In this document: positions 1-9,700 of the stretch, piece by piece
How positions within the stretch are numbered: the first letter of the stretch is position 1
Layout: every line of letters begins with the position of its first letter
Source of the DNA: Marsupella aquatica
Taxonomy: Eukaryota > Plantae > Marchantiophyta
Direction: 5' to 3'
Assembly: GCA_973895155.1 (NCBI GenBank)
Contig: OZ316899.1
Location: 953,573-1,017,572, forward strand
DNA: 64,000 nucleotides
Made by a program: the position numbers and the translations under genes
Notes under the pieces: model-generated
The model's database searches: none
What the model was told of the DNA's origin: nothing
The model's input: only the letters and a program-made list of their open reading frames with translations

Positions 1-486
1 TGCCGTTCTCGAGCTGCCCTTTCTGACTCCTCGTCCTCGTAAGTCTTGATGTACTCAGTTGCCCGTTCGAACAGGCATCCCCAGAAATGTGCCGCTTGAT
101 TGACGTTGCTCATACCCTCCTTAGGTTGATCGTCGGTATCTACTCTCTCCCCGAGTGCTTGCCTAAGCAGCTGACAGTAGTTGGCCTCCCGTAGTCGTCT
201 GCCTAGTTCGTGCTCGCAAATGAGCCACCATCTCCTGCAAGCGCTCCTTACCCCTCTCCTCTGCCGGTCCTTCTTCCCGTTAATCCTTCCTAGCCGCCGA
301 CGCTTAACGCGCCATAACCCTAATCGGGTTTTCACCCTCAGCCTTACCTCCGGCCTCTGCCCGGGTTCCATGGTTGCCCCTAATTGTTTATATTTTCCTT
401 GTTTTGTCACTATACTAAGGTGTTCCTAGGGTGCCTTCCTGCTTTACCCACTTAACCGGCCGAGTGATTCCTGTCTAGGCATCACA
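1..486 (-). repeat. Partial 3' LTR of family A copy 1, including the N-terminal part of the LTR-encoded ORF (ATG at 371)
   Basis: Matches 10882..11367. Begins TGTGATGCC on the minus strand directly after the PPT and TA. Confidence 0.95.
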
Positions 487-488
487 TA

Positions 489-499
489 GCTCCCCACTT
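489..499 (-). other. Polypurine tract of family A copy 1
   Basis: Minus strand AAGTGGGGAGC-TA-TGTGATG. The same layout precedes the family B LTR (AAGTAGGGGGC-TA-TGTGGG). Confidence 0.75.
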
Positions 500-3400
500 A
501 ATTGTGAAGCGTCCTCGCGAACAACTTCATCTTCGTCCATATAGTATTTCTTGAGGCGGTCATAATGGATGCGAACTGGATATACCTCTCCCGTAATGTT
601 GGCCAATTGCACGGAGCCATTGGGGAACATCATGGTTACTCTAAAGGGTCCTAACCAGCGAGTGTAAAGCTTTCCTGGAAACCTACTATACCTACTGTCA
701 TAAAGTAGCACAAGATCACCGGTATGAATACTAACTACTTTTAACCTTTTATCATACTGCTGCTTCATGATATTCTGTCTATATTCTACTCTCTCGGCTG
801 AAATCATTCTCGCTTCCTCTAAAGCTTCTAACCTATATTCTCGCTCCTTTAGGCTCTCCTCCGCTGAGGCTCTTTCCTCAATTGTAACTTGAAATGTCGG
901 TATCTCAAGTTGCATGGGTACCAGGGCTTCTTGTCCAAAGGTTAAGAAGAAGGGTGTATGACCGGTAGTGGATTTATAGGCAAGATTGTAAGCAAAAACA
1001 GCAGCAAACAATTTATCATCCCAATCGAGTTTGTTCTGAGCTACTGTTTTGTTCAATATCTTTCCTATGATTCCGTTTGCTCGTTCTGTCAACCCGTTTG
1101 CCTTTGGATGGTAGGGAGTAGTAGGCCTATGTTTAACTAAATACTGCTCATTTAAACGACTAATTATATCATTCAAAAAATGGGTTCCTCTATCACTAAC
1201 TAATTCTAGGGGTGCTCCATACCTGGTGAAGATCTGCTCATACATGAATCTAGCCGTAGTAATTGCATCATCCTTCGTTGTTGGTCTGGCCTCTACCCAT
1301 TTAGTTGCATAATCCGTAGCCAGGATTATGTACTTGTTCCGTCGAGGGTGGGTCAGTGGTTTCAGAGGTCCAATGTAATCAATACCCCACTTCTCGAATG
1401 GTGCCAGAGGTAGAATAGGGTGCAGTGGATGCCTGGTGGACGCCCTTGGTCCTCCCGCTCGTTGACAAGGATCGCATTGTTTGATAAACTGATAGACATC
1501 TTTGTGCAAGGTGGGCCACCAGTAACCGGCATTTAATATCTTCTTAGACGTGGTTACTGGGGCAAAATGTCCTCCGGCCTCCTCTCCATGCATGGCCCGT
1601 AGGACTCGTTTTACCTCTCTCTTCTCCAAACACCTTTGAATCGTGCCGTTGATTCCATGCTTGTGCAGTATGCCTTTAATGCACTGATACTGTCTGACCT
1701 TCCGCACAAAGACTGCGGCTTGCTCTCGGCTTAATCCTGGCTGTAATCTGGAAGTGCTGAGAAATTGTAAAATCTCAGGGTACCATGTACCAGCTATTTC
1801 CACAACGAATAGCTCCTCGTCGGGGAATCGATCATCGATGCAATCCGTGGCAGGTTTACCTGTGATCCTTGAAAAGAAGTCGGCATTGGCATGTAACTTT
1901 CCTGGCTTGATCCTCAGCTCATAGTCAAACTCCTGTAATAGCAAAATCCATCTTGCTACTCTGCCTGTAAGGTCCGGCTTATTGACTAGGTACTTCAAAC
2001 TTTCATGATCAGTATGAAAGATTACCTTGTACCCTAGTAAATAATGCCTAAACTTTTTACAAGAATAAATGACTCCTAATGCTTCTCTTTCCGTGGTAGA
2101 GTAGTTCCGTTCGGCATCGGCAAGCTGACGGCTTGCGAAGTATATGGGATGGTCCCTTCTTTTCTCATCCAACTGACTTAGTACTGAGCCAATACAGAAG
2201 CCCGAGACATCTACAAAAACATGAAAATCTTTGTTCCAGTCCGGTGCTATCATGACTGGGGCCTCTACTAACATCTGCTTCAATTCTACCACCGCTGTGA
2301 CTCGTTCGGGTGTGGGTTCGAAGTCTGCTCCTGCCTTGAGCATATTGGTTAATGGTAAAGCTAGCTTGGCAAAATCCTTGATGAACCGGCGATAGTAACC
2401 AATGCATCCCAAGAAGGATCTTACATCCTTTATGTTCTTAGGTTGCATGATATCTAGCCATACTGCTAGCTTACCTTTGTCAATCTCAATGCCCTTCCTT
2501 GATACCTTGTGACCTAGTAGCACCCCCTCGGTTACTGCAAAAAAACATTTATCTGGGTGTAACTTGAGACCCACCTCCCTACATCTCATGAAGGTTTTCC
2601 TGAGGTATTTAGCATGTTTCGATGCCTTCCCGAATACTGCAAAGTCATCAATGAAGATTTCCATGAACTTTCTCAAGTAATCATGAAAAATGTTCACCAT
2701 TAATCGTTGGAACATAGCTGGTGCGTTGCAGAGTCCAAACGGCATACGATTGAAGACATAGATCCCCCATTCCGTGATGAAGGCCGTCTTGATTTGGTCT
2801 TCCTGCCGAATCCTGATTTGGTTATAACCAGAGTATCCATCCATGAATGAATATAGTTCATGACTGGCTACCATGTCTAGTACCATATCAGTAAACGGTA
2901 AAGGAAAATGGTCTTTTAATGTTGCTTCATTCAGCTTCCTGTAATCCTGACAAACCCGGATCTTGGGTTTACCATCGGGTCCAGCTTTCTTGGGAACTAT
3001 CACAATTGGAGACACCCAGTCTGAATGCAGGACTGGAGTGATGAATCCAGCTTCCACTAGTTTGTCGATTTCTGTTTTGACCAGCAGGGAATACCTCGGG
3101 TTCATCCTTCGAATTGGTTGTCGAAATGATTTGGCTCCTAACATGAGATCAATTCGATGTTCCCCTAGTGTTGGATCTACGCCCTTTAGATCTTGGTGAC
3201 TCCATGCAAACACATCCTAAAATTCAATCAATAAGTCACTGATCTCTTTCTCGAGCTCAGGTGCTAGGTTTCTCCCTAAGTTCAGTTCTCTTCCCTCTCC
3301 TAAGTCGAGCTTCCGATATTGCCGTGCTTGGATCATATTAATCTGCTTCTTCAAATTCGGGTCCAGTTCGGCTTCCAGTCTCTCTAATCTCATACCTCCA

Positions 3401-3647
3401 TAAACTGGGATCTCGGCTGGACTAGCTGAGTCGGTCCCTTCCTTGGTGTCCATAGATGGTCTCCTTACCGGTCTATTCGGTTTTGAATTAGTGGTCGGCT
3501 CCCCTTCCTGCCTTGGCTCTGGATCGTGTCTGTCCATCTCATCCACCTCTTGCTCCTGAGAGTTAGGCCGCTGTGCTCTCTCGGCTTCTAATAGGGCCTC
3601 AATTTGTTCTGCCCTCGTAATCGGCTTGTATGCCGATCCCTTGGTAT

Positions 3648-6641
3648 TTAATTCCTTGCCGATGATCGATGGCGTTGTGGACCCCGTCGGCTCTGCCACA
3701 ACGCCTGCAGAAAATCCACTGTCCCTGCTACTGCTCCCCACTTAGCCGTTTCATCCAATTGGTCTACATCCTTAACTTCCTCCGGAATTGCAGCTAAAAA
3801 GGTGGATTCTATTGTAAAGCAGTCCTCGACCTCTTCGTCTTCTTCTTCCAAGTCACCTTCCATTGGTTCTTGCCATAATCCGCTGGGGGGTACCTCTGGT
3901 CCAAAGACACCTTCTTCGGTTAGGTTAGTGAAGCATTCTAACCAACGTACTTCATCGGCTGACTCCAGTCCACTATCGTACCCATCTACTTCCCTTATGC
4001 TTTTCCTACGGTCATCCTTAGTGTCCCAGGATACCGTGATAGAGGGGGTCCCGAAAGTGAACTGCTTTTTACCCCAATCTTCTATTACCTCGACTAGGTA
4101 CAGCCATGGCCTACCAATCAATAGCCGGAATGACGTAGGATTTACCGGCTTCATTACTACATAGTTAATGCTAAAGAAGATACCTCCTATCTCTGTCTTG
4201 ATGCCGGTTAACACTCCCGTCGGAATGACCTGATATCCATTGGCCATGTTCAACACTCTTCCAGTCATCTCCGGTGTTAGACCCCACCCTTTTGCTGTTG
4301 AATCAATCATAATACATACCCCTGATCCTCCATCGATGGGTACCCGTAGTAATAATTCTCCTTGAATCATTAATGGTAATGCTGGGGCTCCTTGATCTTC
4401 TTCTATCATTAGTACGTCGGATCTGGTTGCTACCTTGGGTAATCTCGGCTTGCCGAGAATAGCCTTCCTTAATTGCTTCCGGAAGTACGGGCTATTTTTC
4501 AATAGTTGACCTACTGTTGCCGAGACTCTAGATTCTAGTACATCTTTAGCCAGGTCATAGGGAACAATCGGCTTCTCCTCTGGTGGTGTTTCCGTCTTGG
4601 ATTCGGCCAGTTTTGCCACGCTAGTCTCCACAGCTGTTGGGTCTTCCGAAGCAAACAATGCTTTTGCTCGTTTTACATCCTTGGCAATGGCTTCGGTATT
4701 CTCCAGGGTTTCTAATTCTCTTAGTTGTTCCTTAACACTAGCCGTAACAGAGGGGTAGAACAACTTAGGATGATCTCGATTGAAGTCGCTATCTTGTGAA
4801 GGATTGGTTTCAATGGTGGGCTCATGGCTTACCTGTATTGCCGGAGCCCTCCCTTCTTCTTCTGTTGATGTTGACGAAGAGTCGATCCTTTCCTTCGTAA
4901 CCTTCCCTTTATTTTTGGCCAGCCCATCCCACCTTTCCTTCCTTCTGGTAGATCGAGTAGAGACCCGGTAGCAATCATGATCTAAATCCTCCTCTGAGAA
5001 GGTTGATAGGGCTTCGGCCTCATCATCAGATGGTACGAACTCTGCCTCGGCATCCTCTTGCCATCCTAGTTCGATGTGGTTGATTTGAACTCCTCCGGGG
5101 GTAGTACCTGGCGGTAAGATCTTGATCGGCAAAAGCTTATGATTTGCGGCCAGGCCTGCCAACCAAGTAGGACATTGCCCTAGCATATGACCTTCCTGTC
5201 GGCATCCCATACATAGCTGAGCTGGTTGTCCATCACCCTGTTTGCGTGCATTCGGGTATTCTCTAGCAAAATGGCCAGGTTGACCACAATTATAGCACGC
5301 CGCAAATCTTTGCACATTCGGCCTAGGAGGTACTGACGGGTTCTGAATAATCCGAGGATACATCTCTCCTGGATTGTTCCTTAACCCTGACCACAGAGAT
5401 GCAGGTCTGTTGGATAGGTCTCGTGCTCCAGTCTCACTGATGCCGAAAACACTATCAGCGGCATCTCCCAAAAAGTACTCTACTTCTCCCTGACATGGTC
5501 TGATCTCGGCCACATGCCGAACATGATTAGTATTAAGCTTAGGACAAGCATCTTTATGGTGTCCGGTTTTATAACATAAGGCACACCATACAGAGCTATC
5601 CTCCTGTACTACCTTCTTCTTTGGTTTTACCTCTGCAATGATAGCCTTAAGTTGCTCGGTAAGGGCTACGATGTTATCTGGTGGCTTAGCCTCCATCTTG
5701 ACTTTCGTCTTCCCTCTCCTTCTGCCCTTCCTTTTCCTAGTTTTTTCTTCTTCAGAACTAGAAGATGACTCACTCTTGCTACTCCCACTATTCGAGCTTG
5801 ACTTATCACTTCTAGACTTCTTGGAATGTTTCTTCTTCTTATCTTTTTTCTTATGGGGTGATCCCTCCTCTGATGAGGAACTCTCAGACTTAAGCTGTTT
5901 CTTCCGGCTTGTGATATCTGCATTAATGTATAATTGAATATCCTTAATTGCTTCGGCTAAGGTCTCCGGGTTCTCCTTCCTAATTGCAAAACTCATCTTC
6001 TGTGGCAAAGCATTCACCAACCATTGAAGTTGCATACCTTCAGATGCATTGGTCTTTGTACGTCTTACCAGTTTCTGAAAGCGTTGCAAGAACTTCCTGA
6101 AGGATTTGTTCTCCTTGAACCGAAGTTGTCCCAACTTCAGCACTGCTAGTTCTGAAGTTCCAATGGGTCGAAACTCCTTAACAAAGAGTGTTTTGAAGAT
6201 ATCCCAGATGGCTTGATCTTCCACATCTAATGCTCTGTACCAAGGCCTAGCCTCACCCTTGAACAGGCCGGGAAGAATCTGCATCTTGATGGCCGATTCT
6301 CCATTTGCTGCAGCGGTTCCCTCGAAATCATCCAACCATTCGTCCGGATCCTCATCTCCTCTCCCATGAAATGCCTTGTAATGTATGCGCGACCGCTGGC
6401 TCAATCTGGTCCCTGGCCTCTCGTCTGGCCGTGCCTCTGGTTCCCCCATGTCGGTTGGAGACTCACTTCTCCTTACCGACTCTTCTTCTGGTATGTCTTC
6501 TTCGACGCCACTTCCAGTTTCGGAGCTACCAGCTCTTTCTGCCCCTCTCAGTCGTTGTGTATCATGCCACCCGGCGAGCTGCTGCAGTCGAGCTCTCTCC
6601 CGTTGAATCACTCTTTCTTCCCTCGGCGTAAGGTCAGTCAT
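3648..6641 (-). CDS. gag: gag-protease polyprotein (997 aa) of A copy 1
   Basis: Retrotransposon gag core (FHGRGDEDPDEWLDDF), CX2CX4HX4C knuckles and an aspartic-protease-like motif VPIDGGSG...LLIGRPWL. Confidence 0.92.
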   Translation of the reverse strand: MTDLTPREERVIQRERARLQQLAGWHDTQRLRGAERAGSSETGSGVEEDIPEEESVRRSESPTDMGEPEARPDERPGTRLSQRSRIHYKAFHGRGDEDPDEWLDDFEGTAAANGESAIKMQILPGLFKGEARPWYRALDVEDQAIWDIFKTLFVKEFRPIGTSELAVLKLGQLRFKENKSFRKFLQRFQKLVRRTKTNASEGMQLQWLVNALPQKMSFAIRKENPETLAEAIKDIQLYINADITSRKKQLKSESSSSEEGSPHKKKDKKKKHSKKSRSDKSSSNSGSSKSESSSSSEEEKTRKRKGRRRGKTKVKMEAKPPDNIVALTEQLKAIIAEVKPKKKVVQEDSSVWCALCYKTGHHKDACPKLNTNHVRHVAEIRPCQGEVEYFLGDAADSVFGISETGARDLSNRPASLWSGLRNNPGEMYPRIIQNPSVPPRPNVQRFAACYNCGQPGHFAREYPNARKQGDGQPAQLCMGCRQEGHMLGQCPTWLAGLAANHKLLPIKILPPGTTPGGVQINHIELGWQEDAEAEFVPSDDEAEALSTFSEEDLDHDCYRVSTRSTRRKERWDGLAKNKGKVTKERIDSSSTSTEEEGRAPAIQVSHEPTIETNPSQDSDFNRDHPKLFYPSVTASVKEQLRELETLENTEAIAKDVKRAKALFASEDPTAVETSVAKLAESKTETPPEEKPIVPYDLAKDVLESRVSATVGQLLKNSPYFRKQLRKAILGKPRLPKVATRSDVLMIEEDQGAPALPLMIQGELLLRVPIDGGSGVCIMIDSTAKGWGLTPEMTGRVLNMANGYQVIPTGVLTGIKTEIGGIFFSINYVVMKPVNPTSFRLLIGRPWLYLVEVIEDWGKKQFTFGTPSITVSWDTKDDRRKSIREVDGYDSGLESADEVRWLECFTNLTEEGVFGPEVPPSGLWQEPMEGDLEEEDEEVEDCFTIESTFLAAIPEEVKDVDQLDETAKWGAVAGTVDFLQALWQSRRGPQRHRSSARN
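3658..3717 (-). promoter_or_regulatory. Candidate -1 ribosomal frameshift signal (slippery G GAU UUU plus stem-loop/pseudoknot)
   Basis: Heptamer GGATTTT at 3717-3711 is in the gag phase. It is followed by a 5-nt spacer and a perfect 10-bp stem GGCGTTGTGG/CCACAACGCC (3705-3696 with 3680-3671). It lies inside the gag/pol overlap, where pol is in the -1 frame. Confidence 0.8.
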
Positions 6642-6688
6642 TACCTACGCTTCCGTTCTAACTTCATATCTCACGGCTTAAGAAATGC

Positions 6689-6706
6689 CCCCTCCATCTA
6701 GCGCCA
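6689..6706 (-). other. Primer binding site of A copy 1, probably tRNA-Asn
   Basis: TGGCGCTAGATGGAGGGG, 4 nt (TTTT) after the LTR CA. 17/18 complementary to the plant cytosolic tRNA-Asn 3' end as I recall it (CCCCTCCTTCTAGCGCCA). Confidence 0.75.
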
Positions 6707-6710
6707 AAAA

Positions 6711-9700
6711 TGTGGTGCGTCCCATGGCTCCCTAAACCCAAGAAACCCCCCAGCTCAAGCCGATTCCCGCAGGTTTCGCGCTTGGCGAGGCCGTTTCCGC
6801 GGCTTAGCGGCATGGGACGCTGCTAACCTTCTACTACTACTATTAACATTTTACACACATATACTGGACAGATCCTTCATCGGGTCATGAGATACGTAGC
6901 CGGCCTAATATAGGCCTTCCCCTGTCTTCCCCTGTCTTCCCCTCCGTCTCGTTAGGTATGTTTGGATTCCGCCGCCGGAATGATCCCCAATAGGCTTGGT
7001 TAAGCCGCTAAGACCTCTCTCAGCTCGACACATCCAACTCTCACTCCCCTGCTTACTTTCCTTCGTTCTGTTGATGTGGGCACTCTTCACACAAGTTAAT
7101 GCGACACACAAATAGCAAAATGACTCATTCTGACTGAGTCATACCATGCACTTGCCATACAAACAGTACATCTCATACACAAGTTCTGCGAACTAAGCCG
7201 TGAGGCCAACTCTATTCAGCTCTTAGGCATGAGGAAACATGAATATACACAAGGGTCACTGTATGACTAACCGAGAGCTTCTCGTACTACTTGATCCCAG
7301 CCCGGCTGGTGCAAACTAAAAACTTGCTAAAGAAGAGGCCCTGAGCTCCCCGCTGCCCAGGTACTTATCCTGGTAGTGGATCCGCCATTCTTTGCATCGT
7401 AAGCCTAATCTACTTAACAGTAATCTACTTGCCCGAATCTACCTATGTACAGCAAGGCAGGAGCACAAGTGTTGCTCCTACCAGTGGGACCGCAATCCCA
7501 CTAAGCTAAGTGTCAGGGCCGCTCCTGGTTCTGATCCTAATCCTAAACGTGGAGATCCGTGCCCGCCCTGCCCACTCACGCCTCCTCCCTCCACGTCCGC
7601 CCTCCCTAAAAGGAACGGCGCCCTTGCACCGTCACGACACCGGTGGTGGATCCTCAATGGACGCCCCCAACACTTCCTCCGCAGCCACTGCCGTTGGCCC
7701 GCCTACTGACAGATTACCTGCCCTTGACCGAGTCAACTCTCCCTCGGCCTGACTGGGTCCACCTTCGGCTTCAGCCTCGACACCGGCCTCGGCAATACCC
7801 ACGGCTTCGGCCTCAGCCACTCTCACGGCTTCGGCTTCAGCCACTCCCTCGGCTTCGGCTTCCCCTTCCCCTAGGGTAGTTGGATCCTTAGCCGTGACCC
7901 TGTCTGGGGTCGGTGCTGGGTCTACCTCCTTGATCACCACGGCCTGTGAAGTCGTATTACTCCTTGACCCTGAAGGTTTCCGCTTCTTCTTCGTTGGTGG
8001 CTCGGCAGCTGGTCCCTTCCCCTTCCCACTTACCTCCGGCACTGGTGCAGGTGGCGCGGCTTGTCCTTCGGCAATTACCACCCCTGGTAACTGGTTTGTC
8101 CCAACAGGAGATGGACCTGCTGCAGCTAAGCATTTAAATACTGCGGCTTGTTTCTTCAGCCGCTCTGTTTGGTTGTCGGCCCGCCGCTGTAGGTTCTCCA
8201 TCTTCCTCGTGATTTCCTCCAACTCCTCTTGGGTTTCATCCAGGTCCTTACGTGCCCCCTCCAGCTCGTTTTTGGCCTCCTCCTGCTCCCTGTGGGCTTC
8301 CTCCAATTCCTTCTTCAAGGTAGCCTTCTCCTCCTGGGTTGCTCTTAGCTCCTTGTCGAGCTCTGCAATGATGACAGACTCCATCTGGTTCATCTTGGCG
8401 TAAGTCTGTTCGAGCATCTCGTCCTTCTCCCTTAGGTCGGCCTTGAAGCTGGCCGTCAGGGACGCAAGCTCCTGCTGCAGCGCCATAATCCCTTGATAGG
8501 ATTTCCCTAACTCGACCTCCTTCTGCTCAAGGGCTCCACGGATTTTCTCGAGCTCCCCTTTCAACGCCCATTCCTTTCTTTGGGTCTCCGCCATGGCCCG
8601 GCTGTTGGCTGTTATGTGGGCCTCCTCTGTATTCTTCAGCTCTTGCTTCCACTTTTCCCTTTCTTTGATCGTGTCGGCCAACTCTTCCTGCGTCTGAGTC
8701 AGTTTATCCTTGATATTCTGATTATCAGCCTGCGCGGCGTCCAACTGCCCCTGCATGATGTTCAGCTCATGTCGTTTAATCCGCAGTTCATCTTGGGCTT
8801 TCTTGGCCGCCCTTAGATCTTCAATCTCGGCTTCCATCCTCCTAAGCCGCCGAATGACCTCGTCCTTCTTGCTTCTCTCTAAAGCCACCGCTTCTTCTAA
8901 TTGGTGCTTCTCCAACTGCTCCCTATGGAAAAAGGGTCCTACCTCCAACTCCTCTCCAAAGATGCCGAGCGCAAGTTCCCCACACATCTCACCATACTCC
9001 ATGGCTCTATTCTTAGCGTAGGTGGAGTAAGTAGAAGTGATCGGCATCGCCCATCGTGGCCTCTGCTCCCAAGCCGTCCTGCGGATCTCTTCAATCGTGG
9101 CTAGAGGTTTGCTTCCTTTTTCGGCTAGCCGCCTGATGTCCTCCGGCCAATCTCCTCCTGGTAAATCCTTTTCCTTAGCCAGGGCGGCCTCTTCCTCCTG
9201 CTTGATTCGCTCCTGAAATTCCTGCACCGTCTGTTTTATGCCGTCGAAGCTCGGGGGAGCAACATCTGGTGGGGGAGACTCAGGGCTACTCTGCTGGTTG
9301 GGGTCCCCTCGCACTACCCTTGGAAGTGTGGGGACAAACCGGCCACAGGTCCTTACTCCTGGAACGTGATGGTCCGACCCATAGCCGGAATTATCATGGC
9401 TGCAGTCCTCCACTGCCTCCTCTACCTCTTGGATTTCCGGCTTCTCCCTCTCCTCTTCCTCGGTAGGAGCTTCGGGCAATTCTGCCTCAGATTCGGAGCT
9501 TGAGGTTCCCACGTACATTCGAACACCTGGCTTGGATTCCGGCCTGATTCTCTCGTCTCCAGCAAAGGGGTTTTCTCTTGTGAGCCGGTGTAGGCCTACC
9601 TCTGTAGTAGTGTCCTGCATGGTTGCCGTTGCCGTTGTTGTTGCCGATGCCGATTTCTTTTCTTTCTCCAGTAGTTTCAGCAGACTCTGCATGCCTGGTT

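Larger units (their letters stand above)
475..3741 (-). pseudogene. pol: pol (RT, RNase H, integrase with GPY/F motif) of A copy 1, one premature TAG at 3217-3219
   Basis: RT motifs CQDYRKLN, DGYSGYNQI, MPFGLCNAP, FIDDF. RNase H motifs VDVSG, NYSTTEREALG. Integrase HHCC, WGIDYIG, SDRGTHF, NGLTER, WLGPFRV. The 174-aa and 912-aa ORFs share a frame and are separated by TAG where copy 2 has CAG. Confidence 0.93.

Noticed and set aside
475-600. Chromodomain at the integrase C-terminus (A and B)
   Set aside because: Both proteins end shortly after the GPY/F motif.
4300-4350. DGG instead of DTG/DSG as a dead protease
   Set aside because: The same DGGSG motif is in the intact family B, and similar motifs occur in other plant non-chromovirus elements.
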